Part shown: positions 35,709 through 45,061 of the stretch, one piece after another | Layout: every line of letters begins with the position of its first letter | How positions within the stretch are numbered: position 1 is the first letter of the stretch | Assembly (NCBI GenBank): GCA_011364965.1 | Contig: RDOB01000003.1 | Span: 408,524 to 472,523 of the forward strand | Reading direction: 5' to 3' | Origin: Candidatus Heimdallarchaeota archaeon | GTDB lineage: Archaea; Asgardarchaeota; Heimdallarchaeia; Hodarchaeales; Hodarchaeaceae | Length of the DNA stretch: 64,000 nucleotides | Program-made: the position numbers and the translations under genes | The notes under the pieces: model-generated | Database searches by the model: none | What the model saw: the letters and a program-made list of their open reading frames with translations, nothing else | What the model was told of the DNA's origin: nothing

Positions 35709-35896
35709 TTTTATTAACTCCTTTCAACTTTATTGATCAACGTTTTTATTTAAGTATAATCATTACGCAACGTTATAAAAACTTTTCGTTGGAATGAGTT
35801 CGTGTACAGAAATAGAAAAAATCCTTAAAACAGGGTAAAAACGAGTAAAAAAATATACAAAGGGAACTTCAAAGATAAATGAAAAATTAGTAAAAA

Positions 35897-37114
35897 CTAG
35901 TAAAATAGATATTTTGATTCCCCAATCTTGTCCAAATATTCACAACTACCTGTGCTAACAACCTCTTTAATGATCGAAAGAACACGTTTACTAACAGGTA
36001 AGGCATCAATTTCTGCGGAGGATATCTCTTGTAAGTCTTTTGGAAAGCAATCAATGAGATATGCAGCTTTTTCAAAATCTCCTGTTCGCACCCAAACTGG
36101 AGGGTGGAATTTTTTGAGAAATGCAATCCGAAATAAAATTGTAGAAATTCGAAGATTTCCTTTAATCCTGCCTTCGGGAATATAGCGAGGCATCCGAGTG
36201 GGAATCCCATATTGCTTTCCTAAATCAAACCCTAAAGCAATTGGATTCTTTAGATTATATTCTTTTGCTATCTGATGATCGAAATTCCCCCATTTATTAT
36301 TATTTCCATATAAACGAGAGTATTGAGTAAGTAGAGTAGGATAATTTTCCTTAAGCTGACTGAGAAATTCTCTTTTATTCCGACCAGGTTTTAATGTCAA
36401 TCCTCCTACCAACACATATTCTGCATGGGCTTTCTTTGCCTTTCTGAATAACTCATGCATATTTTCCTCAGTATCACCAATCCAGGGTAATACAGGTAGA
36501 AAAAGAACGCCTGCGTGAATACCTTGATTTCTTAGCATTCGAATTGCTGTCAAACGTTCTTGAGTAGTACTAGCTCTGGGTTCGAAGTTTTTTTGATCTT
36601 CTTCGTCAGTTAAAGTGATACTAAAACCTACGTTTGCATAATTAGACGAATTTATCTTCTTGAGAAGTTCTAAATCTCTAAGAACGGATTTATTTTTAGT
36701 AAGTAAAAACACGGGGAAACTATAGTCGTGTACAACCTGAAGCAATTGTTGAGTTATCTTTAATTTCCTTTCTGCAGGTTGATACACATCACAAACACCG
36801 CCACCAATTCCAATGATAAACTTTCCTAGTGATTTGGGAACAATAAAACCTTTAGCAGGTAAATAATCTACTAATGTAGATTTCGAGAATTTTAGTTTTC
36901 TAAAAAACTGTTCAAGAACTTGAGGGGCATTTATTTTCCCTTTAATGCGTGTACCAAAGTCTTCATGCATATAGTAGCCTTCTGCCTTACCATCGCAATA
37001 GGTACAGTCATGATAGCATCCTAAATAAGGATTGATGGACGCTTCACACCACCACCATGAATCTACTGATCCTCGTCTAATTGGGGTTTTTGCTTTAATT
37101 CTCTCTATAATCAA
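35897..37114 (-). CDS. radical SAM protein (COG1533/SplB-like family)
   Basis: 405 aa with INPYLGCYHDCTYCDG (the CxxxCxxC cluster in the NPY.GC.H.C.YC context of the 'DNA repair photolyase'-like radical SAM family). Confidence 0.7.
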   Translation of the reverse strand: MIIERIKAKTPIRRGSVDSWWWCEASINPYLGCYHDCTYCDGKAEGYYMHEDFGTRIKGKINAPQVLEQFFRKLKFSKSTLVDYLPAKGFIVPKSLGKFIIGIGGGVCDVYQPAERKLKITQQLLQVVHDYSFPVFLLTKNKSVLRDLELLKKINSSNYANVGFSITLTDEEDQKNFEPRASTTQERLTAIRMLRNQGIHAGVLFLPVLPWIGDTEENMHELFRKAKKAHAEYVLVGGLTLKPGRNKREFLSQLKENYPTLLTQYSRLYGNNNKWGNFDHQIAKEYNLKNPIALGFDLGKQYGIPTRMPRYIPEGRIKGNLRISTILFRIAFLKKFHPPVWVRTGDFEKAAYLIDCFPKDLQEISSAEIDALPVSKRVLSIIKEVVSTGSCEYLDKIGESKYLFY

Positions 37115-37121
37115 GTTTCAT

Positions 37122-37850
37122 TCAAACCTGAACTGCTTTATTGGATTTGGAATGGTACCAAGACCAATAAATTTGAATAATTGCCCATATAATAAAACTA
37201 AAAATTATCAGCTTTTGAATAAATGGTTGAAAATCACCAAAGATTCCCAAGACAAACAAGCCAACTAGGAAAAATATTATGAATCCAGTTATTGCTAAAA
37301 CATTTGAGTAATGGTGACTAATGTACATCGTTAGAGAATAAACTAGAATAGCAATGGAAGAAAGAATGAAAAACCCCTGTGCTGCTAAACCATGGAGTAT
37401 GGGCTGAGTATCGATAGGAAACAAAGCAACTGCAATTTGAAAAGGAACCGATAAAAGACCAAAACCAGAAGCAAATCCATTTAATAGACGTTGTAATGGA
37501 GATGTTAGATATGAAAGAAAAAGAATAGGTAATCCAACCCAGAATGGAATTAAAGTTACGGAAGCAATAATCATACTCAAAGTAAATAGGATAGAAGATA
37601 TTGGATTATTTTCACCATTGAGGGCAATTACACGCCCCAGCTCGCTAAAATAATTTCTAAAATAATCATATCCCCCAGGATAAATTAAAGCAGATACAGT
37701 GGACAAGATTAAAAATTGGATTGTACAAAAAATTAATGAGCTTAACACAAAAAAAAATATGTAATTTAGTGTTTTTGACTCAAAATTATGATTGATTAAA
37801 GCAACAATTTTTGAAGTATTTATCAGAACCATTGCCTCTATTATAATCAT
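37122..37850 (-). CDS. polytopic membrane protein (possibly DUF998-like)
   Basis: 242 aa with ~6 hydrophobic helices. The YPGGYDYFRNYFSELG segment after TM1 resembles DUF998. It ends 8 nt before the radical SAM gene start, so the two are probably co-transcribed. Confidence 0.45.
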   Translation of the reverse strand: MIIIEAMVLINTSKIVALINHNFESKTLNYIFFFVLSSLIFCTIQFLILSTVSALIYPGGYDYFRNYFSELGRVIALNGENNPISSILFTLSMIIASVTLIPFWVGLPILFLSYLTSPLQRLLNGFASGFGLLSVPFQIAVALFPIDTQPILHGLAAQGFFILSSIAILVYSLTMYISHHYSNVLAITGFIIFFLVGLFVLGIFGDFQPFIQKLIIFSFIIWAIIQIYWSWYHSKSNKAVQV

Positions 37851-37920
37851 TATATCTACATATTTATCAAGTTATCGAAAATTAGTCTTTAATTAAATTC
37901 TATTCTCCTGATTAGAGGAC

Positions 37921-38889
37921 ATGGTTAAGTTGAAAATTCGAGAATATAAACCGACCGACTTTCATGGCCTTTTGGAAATCAGCAAACATATTTGGGAGGG
38001 ACATGATTATTTACCTAAGAAAATAAACGATTTCTATATTGATCCTCATTCTAGTCCAATGGTAGTAATTGAAGAAGGGAAAATTGTCTCAATAGCTAAT
38101 CTAAGGTTTCTTAATAGGGAGATTGCTTGGTTGGAAGCTATAAGGACGCATCCAGAGTTTCGAGGAAAAGGTTATGCAACTTCATTAACCAAAGCGATGA
38201 TTAAAAAGGCCAGAGCTGAGGGGGCAACAGAAGTATGGTTAATGACTAATACAGAAAATAAAGCAACAGCTATACTCCTTGAAAAACTTGGCTTTTCTGA
38301 ATCTGGAAGAGTTGCAATGTGGCCAAATTGGGATATTATGACAGAGAGTTTAAAAAAGAACAGCATTCAGAATAAGCATTTTGATAAATTAGCAACCAGC
38401 CAAACGAAAAAAGAAGCAAGAGCTTCTGAAGATGGAAATTCCTATCGGACCTTGATTGAATCATTTCCTGTCACAAATAAAACTCTTGAATTGAGTAAAA
38501 AATGGAAAAAGATTACCCAAAAGTCTCATATGAAAGAAATTCTCTCCAAAATTGTTAAACTGGGTGGAATGAATATAATTTATGGAGAATTCCATATTTA
38601 TCCCCAGGATATGTTTGATCTTGATAAGAAAATCCAAAATAAAGAAATTCTTTACCTAGAAGAACCCCCTGCTCTTTTATTATTCGAAAAAAGTGAAGAA
38701 ATCGAGTTAGGGTATGGAATCGGACTGAATACATGTTCCTCCTATGCTCTCGAATCTGCTCTTTATTTTTTACTTGAAAATTATCCAAAATTAATATACT
38801 GGCTATTTTTCCCAGAATCATTGCAACATCTTTATATTAAACCTGGATTCCATCTTCAGAGATTTATGTGTAAGAAACTCAACTCCTGA
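37921..38889 (+). CDS. GNAT-family N-acetyltransferase with extra C-terminal domain
   Basis: 322 aa with the acetyl-CoA-binding motif A region RTHPEFRGKGYATSLTKAMIKKA and ..LEKLGF. The C-terminal ~170 aa are unassigned. Confidence 0.7.
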   Translation: MVKLKIREYKPTDFHGLLEISKHIWEGHDYLPKKINDFYIDPHSSPMVVIEEGKIVSIANLRFLNREIAWLEAIRTHPEFRGKGYATSLTKAMIKKARAEGATEVWLMTNTENKATAILLEKLGFSESGRVAMWPNWDIMTESLKKNSIQNKHFDKLATSQTKKEARASEDGNSYRTLIESFPVTNKTLELSKKWKKITQKSHMKEILSKIVKLGGMNIIYGEFHIYPQDMFDLDKKIQNKEILYLEEPPALLLFEKSEEIELGYGIGLNTCSSYALESALYFLLENYPKLIYWLFFPESLQHLYIKPGFHLQRFMCKKLNS

Positions 38890-39163
38890 GATTTTTTATC
38901 ATTATAAACATTGGATAGAATTAGAATTGGTAGCTGGATAGAATTTTATTAATTACCATATAGAATAGTTTGTAAAACAAAATCTCTCTTCTTTTCTACA
39001 ATTCTAACAAGTAGTTCTTTATGTAATAGGGATTCTTAATTTCATATTTCCCAACTATTTTATAGCAGTAAAACTATGATACAACTAAAGGTTATTGGAT
39101 AATAAATCGCAGAGTTAGCTTTAATTTGTTAGAGTATTAGTACATATGTGGGATTGAAAGGAT

Positions 39164-40309
39164 ATGTTCCTATCTGAACTAAGTCTCCATTTAAAACGAT
39201 TATCACCAGAAGCAAAACTCCAGATAACTGAATATGCTAAAACTTCTCATTGGGAAATCAAAGATTATGAACAGCTAGCTGAAGATCTGAATAAATTTAT
39301 TCGTACAACTAATTCTACAGACTCAGAATTATATTACCTCCTAGCGAAATTCCTCTTTTTTTCTGGTTCCCTCTCAGAATTAAATGATTTATATCTGCTT
39401 GTTGCAGCCATTCAATCCACTCCAGGTTTAGAAATTTTTTATGCGCTAGGATTAGCTTTTCAAGGATTCTCCTCTGAAGCTCTGGATATTTTGAATGAGA
39501 TAAAACTAGAAGCGATAACTGACGACCCTCAACTTTGGATGGAAACAAAAGGTATAATCCTTTATGTCTATTCTATAAAACGCGATTATAGAAAGGTAGA
39601 GAATTTATTTAACGAAATCATTAGTTACTCTGAAGATCTTCCTCCAGAATTTAATCATATAAAGGCACATTCCCTACCTTGGGCATATCTTCGACAAGCT
39701 TACTCAATCAGAGCAAAAGGGGAAATAACTGACGCACTGGAATTGATTGCGAAATGTAATCAAGATCTGAAAGCTTTTCCTCATAAATTCTTCCAAACAA
39801 TGGTTTATACCTTAATGGGACATTGTTTACATAATTCAGGCAATGTTAAGCAAGCACTAGGTTTCTATGATCAAGGTATTGATATTGGTTTTGAATGTCG
39901 TAGTAAATTACTTTTATCCATATTATATAACCGAATTGGTATGGCAATGAGTAATCGAAAGCAAATGAAATCATCTAAAGAATTTTTTGAAAAAGCACTT
40001 AAGACAGCTCAAGATGCAGGAGCAAAGTGGCTTACAATTGGCCCATTAGTCAATCTTGTAAGGTGGAAACTTGCGGAGGGACAAGTTAATGAGGCCATAA
40101 ATGATTATCACAGCTTTGTAGACATAGCAGAGGCGGTAGGCGATGAACAAGAATTATGTTATGCATTAATAGGCCTTGCAGAGCTTTACGAACAAATTGA
40201 CGATATTCCAAAATCTAAATTTTATTTATCGAAAGGTATAAAGCTAGGAATGAAGCTTGGGATATTTGAATTGGTTTCCTATCCCGAAAAGAATGATGAA
40301 CCAAATTAA
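39164..40309 (+). CDS. TPR-repeat protein
   Basis: 381 aa with repeated ~34-aa helical units showing the small/aromatic TPR pattern (e.g. MGHCLHNSGNVKQALGFYDQGIDI and IGLAELYEQIDDIPKSKFYLSKGIKL). Confidence 0.6.
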   Translation: MFLSELSLHLKRLSPEAKLQITEYAKTSHWEIKDYEQLAEDLNKFIRTTNSTDSELYYLLAKFLFFSGSLSELNDLYLLVAAIQSTPGLEIFYALGLAFQGFSSEALDILNEIKLEAITDDPQLWMETKGIILYVYSIKRDYRKVENLFNEIISYSEDLPPEFNHIKAHSLPWAYLRQAYSIRAKGEITDALELIAKCNQDLKAFPHKFFQTMVYTLMGHCLHNSGNVKQALGFYDQGIDIGFECRSKLLLSILYNRIGMAMSNRKQMKSSKEFFEKALKTAQDAGAKWLTIGPLVNLVRWKLAEGQVNEAINDYHSFVDIAEAVGDEQELCYALIGLAELYEQIDDIPKSKFYLSKGIKLGMKLGIFELVSYPEKNDEPN

Positions 40310-40536
40310 GCCGCTTTCCGCAAGGCAAAAAACCGTCTCTTCCGCATATCTGAGAGATCAGCTCTATAATTCACAAGATTCGCTTTTATGAGCTGGGATA
40401 AAGCAACACTTACTGTTCGCCGGCTTAAGTTAGTAATCAATCTGATATCCTGAATCGTCATTAACTTATCTGTTTGTAAATGTTCATATACCTTCTGAAC
40501 CGAAGGAGGGAATGTATCAACAGGAATTATATCCAT
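40306..40536 (-). CDS. small TrmB/MarR-like winged-helix protein, paralog B
   Basis: 76 aa: FPPSVQKVYEHLQTDKLMTIQDIRLITNLSRRTVSVALSQLIKANLVNY..LSDMRKRRFFAL. A GAGAGGA SD-like element lies upstream. Confidence 0.65.
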   Translation of the reverse strand: MDIIPVDTFPPSVQKVYEHLQTDKLMTIQDIRLITNLSRRTVSVALSQLIKANLVNYRADLSDMRKRRFFALRKAA

Positions 40537-40712
40537 CTTAGTCCTCTCATTTATTATTTATTTAAACTAAAGCTGATAGATATTTATTATATGATTTGTG
40601 GTACAAAGCTTTAGCTTTAGATAGGAAAAGAGGAATCTAGTACAGTTTTTTGACAATGATTTTTATGAAACATTGAAAAAAGGACGAAAATTATAAGCAA
40701 ACACTCAATGAT

Positions 40713-40991
40713 TCATACTTGCGCTCTTTTTTTAATTTCTGCAAGAAAACTGTAGAGAGGAATACCAGAAAGAGAATATAATTTTCTTCTCATATCGGTG
40801 AGACAGTGTGTTTTTATAAGCAAACCTCTCTTCTCCATTAAGTTCAGCGCATTTTGAACTGTTCTACGACTATAATTTGATTTGAGAGTCATCTCGTCAA
40901 TTGTTAAATTTTCTTCCGTATTCAAAATATCATAAATTCTGTAAACTGCAGGGGGTAACCCCAGTAAGACTTCAGTTTCCGATTCGGTCAT
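40713..40991 (-). CDS. small TrmB/MarR-like winged-helix protein, paralog C
   Basis: 92 aa: LPPAVYRIYDILNTEENLTIDEMTLKSNYSRRTVQNALNLMEKRGLLIK..LTDMRRKLYSL. Confidence 0.65.
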   Translation of the reverse strand: MTESETEVLLGLPPAVYRIYDILNTEENLTIDEMTLKSNYSRRTVQNALNLMEKRGLLIKTHCLTDMRRKLYSLSGIPLYSFLAEIKKRAQV

Positions 40992-41226
40992 GATTACTCT
41001 ATGATATTAATAATAACCAAATAATAGTAAGTATTCTCGTTGTTGAAAACACCCCTCTTAGTGTATTTTGTAACACTTTTTGCAAAGTTATACCTAGCTT
41101 TAAATAAATAGAAAGTAAATTTAGTTTTTCGACTCTTTTGACAAATCCTAGTATGATAAACTATAATCAATCAGTTTCATACTTCATTAGACTTCATAAA
41201 GAAAGGGATTCCGGGATTATGGATAA

Positions 41227-42051
41227 CTAAAGAAGTGTAAAAAATTCTTCTTTCACTTGTTTATCATAAAAAGAGAAAAAAAACGGTAAACGTGCAAAAT
41301 TCTTGTTATATTTTATAGGATTTCCAGATAAATCAGAGCAAACTCCACCAGCTTCCTCAAGAATCACAGAAGGTATTCCATAGTCATGCGGACTAGCAAG
41401 ATGACACATTTGGATTTTAGCATTACCTTCTGCGACAGCAATCATTTTATGATGGGCACTTAAACAATCTAGTGACTCTAATTCCATTTTCTGCAATATA
41501 GGTATAAGATTTTCACACCTTTTCTGACAATAAAAGGATAAAGGAACTTTTTTTCGTTGAAATGGAATGTTTTGACCAGAGCTATCCATTACTTCAATTC
41601 CTTTCCTCCTTTCAGCATAATAAAGGCGATTGAATGCTGGAAAATAAATTGCGCTTGCAAAGAACTCCAGATTTCTAGAAAATGCAGCTCCAATCGAAAA
41701 ATCATCTCTTCCCTGAATATAAGCAAAAGTTCCATCAAGGGGATCTAAGTGAAAACATAAATCCCTTTTGTTCAAGGAAAACCGATTAACGCGCTCTGTG
41801 TCCTCCTCAACATTAATACCTATTTTTGGATACTGTGAGGTTAATATTTCAAGAGCAACTTCTTGAACTAAGTCATCTAAAAATGTGTGTGCTGTAGAAG
41901 TTTTATCCACTGAATCTTGAGGTAAATCAGACTTTTTAGGTAGATTATCAACTGATCCTCTAAACGCTTTAAGGATTAAACCTCCTGTTAGTACTATAGC
42001 TTTTAAAATGGGGTAAAAATCTTCATCAAACTGTAAAATCTGGTTTTTCAA
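41227..42051 (-). CDS. inositol monophosphatase-family phosphatase (IMPase/FBPase/CysQ-like)
   Basis: 274 aa with the EED..E metal site (INVEEDTE), HLDPLDGTFAY (the DP(I/L)DGT motif) and a C-terminal HDYGIPSVILEEAGG (the WD..A...I..EAGG motif). Confidence 0.75.
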   Translation of the reverse strand: MKNQILQFDEDFYPILKAIVLTGGLILKAFRGSVDNLPKKSDLPQDSVDKTSTAHTFLDDLVQEVALEILTSQYPKIGINVEEDTERVNRFSLNKRDLCFHLDPLDGTFAYIQGRDDFSIGAAFSRNLEFFASAIYFPAFNRLYYAERRKGIEVMDSSGQNIPFQRKKVPLSFYCQKRCENLIPILQKMELESLDCLSAHHKMIAVAEGNAKIQMCHLASPHDYGIPSVILEEAGGVCSDLSGNPIKYNKNFARLPFFFSFYDKQVKEEFFTLL

Positions 42052-42074
42052 AGCAAAAACCCATTTTAGAATAT

Positions 42075-42641
42075 TCAGATAGGTGGTAATCCATCTAATA
42101 ACTCAGGATGAAGGGAATAATACTCTTCACGCAATAAATCCATGATTAAAGTATCAAAGATTTTGCCATGAATAAAAATCGACTCACGAACGCGAGCAGA
42201 CACCCGAAAACCAGATTTTTCAGCAAGCCTGATCGCTCTGGGATTTCCACTTTGTGTCCAAATTCTAGCAACTAGCAGACCTAATTCCTCAAAAAGGAAT
42301 TTAAGTAACACTTCCTGTGCATCAAATGATGCTCCAGTTCCCCAAAATTTCTTTCTTACCACTAAACCGATAGTTGTAGAAAATCGGGATTCGTATTCCG
42401 AATAACTAATCGTACCCACAAGCTCATCCGATTCTTTATGGATGATTGTAAATCGAGCATCTTTTCGATCAAATGAAAACTCTTTTTCTTCAAATCGTTT
42501 CTGATACATTGGTAAAGTATAATCGGGAGGAAGGGCCTTATTCCAAGCTTGAGTAGCCATGTCGTTACGTAATTTTACGAAAGTTTCAATATCTGATATA
42601 CGTTCTTCTCGTAAATAGATGGTTTTCCCTTCAAGAACCAT
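42075..42641 (-). CDS. GNAT-family acetyltransferase (RimJ/RimL-like)
   Basis: Track ORF is 42075-42674. ATG 42639-42641 (MVLEGKTIYLRE..) is preferred because AGGAGGAT lies 7 nt upstream and gives a TAATG stop/start overlap with the preceding GNAT gene. Motifs are WGTGASFDA and AIRLAEKSGF. Confidence 0.7.
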   Translation of the reverse strand: MVLEGKTIYLREERISDIETFVKLRNDMATQAWNKALPPDYTLPMYQKRFEEKEFSFDRKDARFTIIHKESDELVGTISYSEYESRFSTTIGLVVRKKFWGTGASFDAQEVLLKFLFEELGLLVARIWTQSGNPRAIRLAEKSGFRVSARVRESIFIHGKIFDTLIMDLLREEYYSLHPELLDGLPPI

Positions 42642-43228
42642 TAGGATAATCCTCCTGTATAATTTTTCTTCCATTCGTGCTTAAGGATATTATATATACA
42701 GTAATCGAAAAATTTTCCTTCAAATATCCCCGCACGCCTCAGTTGGCCGCAATCTTTGAAGAAATGTTTTTCAAGAAATTTACATCCTAGAATATTCCAT
42801 TCAGGAACCCAACACGAAATTGAATGTGCGGAGGAGTAATTAAAAACAAAAGCAAGTAATAATTTTAGAACTGTTGATCCATAACCCCGTTTCCGATGAT
42901 TAGGAGAGATAATGATGTTCATTCCGGGACTAAACGCATCCCATCCCCAGTCATATTCAACATGTCCAATTATTTCTCCTGTTTCATTTAGAATGATAGC
43001 TAAATGTAGTTCATTTTTCGTTTCAGCCCATTTGGATATTATCTGTCCTATTTGCTTTTCAGATAAGGGTAAGAGATCAGGAATATCCCACGGAAGTCCA
43101 CGAGTACCAATAAAATCGTAATTATTCAAATAAACCTTCACTTTTGGAAGTTCATGTTCCTCAAAAGGCCTTAGATGAATTTTATCCGTTTTAAATATAG
43201 TTTTTAAGTGCATTTGGACTCCAGCCAT
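42641..43228 (-). CDS. GNAT-family acetyltransferase
   Basis: 195 aa with HRKRGYGSTVLKLLLAFVFN (motif A) and ..KFLEKHFF. It sits in tandem with 42075-42641. Confidence 0.7.
   Translation of the reverse strand: MAGVQMHLKTIFKTDKIHLRPFEEHELPKVKVYLNNYDFIGTRGLPWDIPDLLPLSEKQIGQIISKWAETKNELHLAIILNETGEIIGHVEYDWGWDAFSPGMNIIISPNHRKRGYGSTVLKLLLAFVFNYSSAHSISCWVPEWNILGCKFLEKHFFKDCGQLRRAGIFEGKFFDYCIYNILKHEWKKNYTGGLS
42649..42656 (-). promoter_or_regulatory. Shine-Dalgarno site (AGGAGGAT) for the second GNAT gene
   Basis: The minus strand reads ACAGGAGGATTATCCTAATGG. The TAA stop of the upstream GNAT overlaps the ATG of the downstream one. Confidence 0.6.
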
Positions 43229-43358
43229 TATAACGACAATTTTTCTTGAGGGCTTAAGTAAGTAGAGGTGTTAATTATAATGTTCTAGGTTGCTTTTAGA
43301 AAAACTCGTCTTTTGAAAATGGTCAAAAAAAAGAAATAATGAAGATAATAACTTCGTT

Positions 43359-43937
43359 TTACTTGGTATTTTTAGGATGATTCCACGATTCTTTTCGAGA
43401 AAGACGAGTATAGAGAATAATTAAAGCAAAAATAAGTCCACCTACTAATAATAAGTCAGAAGAAATTAGATTTTGCGGCCACTGGCTTGAGAAAAAAGCA
43501 AATCCGGTATCAATTTCTTGTATAACTAAGGGGTTACGACAAGACCAAAAAAAAGTATTCTGCCTTAACGGCAGCCAAACTAAGGTAGAAATTGCACAAA
43601 CTTTGAACGCAAGAGAACTAGCGGTTTCCCGTGTCAGTGCCCATTGTTCTTTTTCGTATATAACAGTAGAAAAAATCACACCAGAAAGAAATATAATTGC
43701 AAACATGACGAAAGGATAAGAGGAATAATCATAATAGAGTATATCATATGGGGGCACGATGTAGGGAATAAGTAATTTAATAACTCCAATTCGTATTAAA
43801 TTAATAGAGATAATTGACGGAAAAAGCTCACGAATTGAATACTGTTTCAGAAGAAACCATAAATATACAATTTCAATGCTAGATAGAATAAAAAAATCTA
43901 TTATACTAATTTCAGGGTAAAAAGGAGGTAAAATCAT
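43359..43937 (-). CDS. hypothetical polytopic membrane protein
   Basis: 192 aa with ~5 hydrophobic helices and a basic C-terminal tail. No family recognised. Confidence 0.45.
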   Translation of the reverse strand: MILPPFYPEISIIDFFILSSIEIVYLWFLLKQYSIRELFPSIISINLIRIGVIKLLIPYIVPPYDILYYDYSSYPFVMFAIIFLSGVIFSTVIYEKEQWALTRETASSLAFKVCAISTLVWLPLRQNTFFWSCRNPLVIQEIDTGFAFFSSQWPQNLISSDLLLVGGLIFALIILYTRLSRKESWNHPKNTK

Positions 43938-44045
43938 ATGACATCACAATTACACAATAAATAATACTTTCTCATAAGATAAATTGAGTATTAATCTAAA
44001 CAAAAAAGGGTAAGAAAATACACTTCTATATAAGATAATCAATCT

Positions 44046-44939
44046 TCATGTGTTTAAATGAACCATCTTTTTACTTAAATCCCAAAGCTCTTCTTGTAGA
44101 TTTGTATCATAGGTTATTTTTGACGATAAAGATTCTTTTTTCTTAACAAAATATTTTCCACTTACACCCTCGATTTCCGGTGAACTAGCGAGATATACTG
44201 AGCTCTCGGCTCCTTTTTCTGGAGGTAATGAAATAATTCGACTAATTGGAGAAAATAAAGTCCCAATGATGCGTCCATAGGTATTCTTAATCATATTAGT
44301 ACGTACAAATCCTGGATGAAGTGCATTTGCCGTCACAGTAGTATATCCCTCTGATTTAAGGCGTCTTGCTAACGCGTAAGTAAACATTAGATTGGCAACC
44401 TTTGTTTCACCATACCTATCCAGAGCTTTATACTTCCTTTTCTCCACATTAAGATCATCTAAATTAATACCTGATCGATGGTGTGCACCAGAATTTACAT
44501 TAATGATTCGAGAGGGGGAATTTGCAATTAATGTTTCTAAGAGAAGATTGGATAATAAGAAGGGAGCTAAATGGTTGACAGCGAGAGTCATTTCAATTCC
44601 ATCCACACTCAAGGTTAATTTAGGCTTCATTATGCCCGCGTTATTAATTAAAATGTGTAGCTCGTTATAATTCGACTTAAAATCTTCAAATAATTTTCTA
44701 ATAGAGTTCTGCGATGAAAGATCAGCAACCAGTATATCAATATGGGGATTATTTGACATTTTTTTAATTTCTGCTTGTGTAGCCAAACCTTTCGACTTAT
44801 TTCTGCAAATAAGAATGATTTTTGACCCCATTTTAGCCAGTTCTAAAGCAGTTATCTTACCTATACCGCTATTAGCGCCAGTGACTAAACAAACCTTCTC
44901 TTCCATTTTCCATTTTGTTGATACTCGCATTCTCATCAT
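44046..44939 (-). CDS. short-chain dehydrogenase/reductase (retinol-dehydrogenase-like SDR)
   Basis: The motifs are TGANSGIGK, NNAG and a YxxxK equivalent (YGETKVAN). The true start is possibly the internal M (MEEKVCLVTG..) at 44904-44906. Confidence 0.8.
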   Translation of the reverse strand: MMRMRVSTKWKMEEKVCLVTGANSGIGKITALELAKMGSKIILICRNKSKGLATQAEIKKMSNNPHIDILVADLSSQNSIRKLFEDFKSNYNELHILINNAGIMKPKLTLSVDGIEMTLAVNHLAPFLLSNLLLETLIANSPSRIINVNSGAHHRSGINLDDLNVEKRKYKALDRYGETKVANLMFTYALARRLKSEGYTTVTANALHPGFVRTNMIKNTYGRIIGTLFSPISRIISLPPEKGAESSVYLASSPEIEGVSGKYFVKKKESLSSKITYDTNLQEELWDLSKKMVHLNT

Positions 44940-45061
44940 CTTAAGATTTATTCAGGCTTCAGAAGTCCTGATAAGAATTATCCTATCACACTTAATTGAG
45001 ACAATTACTTTAGAAGTTAAATTATAGACGTTCTTATATACATTTAGACAGTAAAATTTGA

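Noticed and set aside
35887-36210. The 107-aa minus ORF and the 85-aa plus ORF (35928-36185) overlapping the 3' part of the radical SAM gene.
   Set aside because: These are alternative frames of a gene with clear family motifs, and there is no independent support.
35897-37114. Radical SAM enzyme considered as a prokaryotic viperin-like antiviral gene.
   Set aside because: The cluster context NPY.GC.H.C.YC and the 405-aa length fit the COG1533/SplB-like family, not viperin (CN..C..C, ~300 aa). No nucleotide-kinase partner is present.
40306-40309. Convergent TPR and wHTH genes share their stop codons in a TTAA palindrome (4-nt overlap). Genes 49229-49888 and 49877-52579 similarly overlap by 12 nt.
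   Set aside because: The observation is real, but it is a common consequence of tight packing in AT-rich genomes and has no evident regulatory meaning.
42075-43228. GNAT pair considered as a GNAT-toxin/antitoxin module.
   Set aside because: No small RHH or DUF1778-type antitoxin ORF is adjacent. Both proteins look like ordinary RimJ/RimL-type acetyltransferases.
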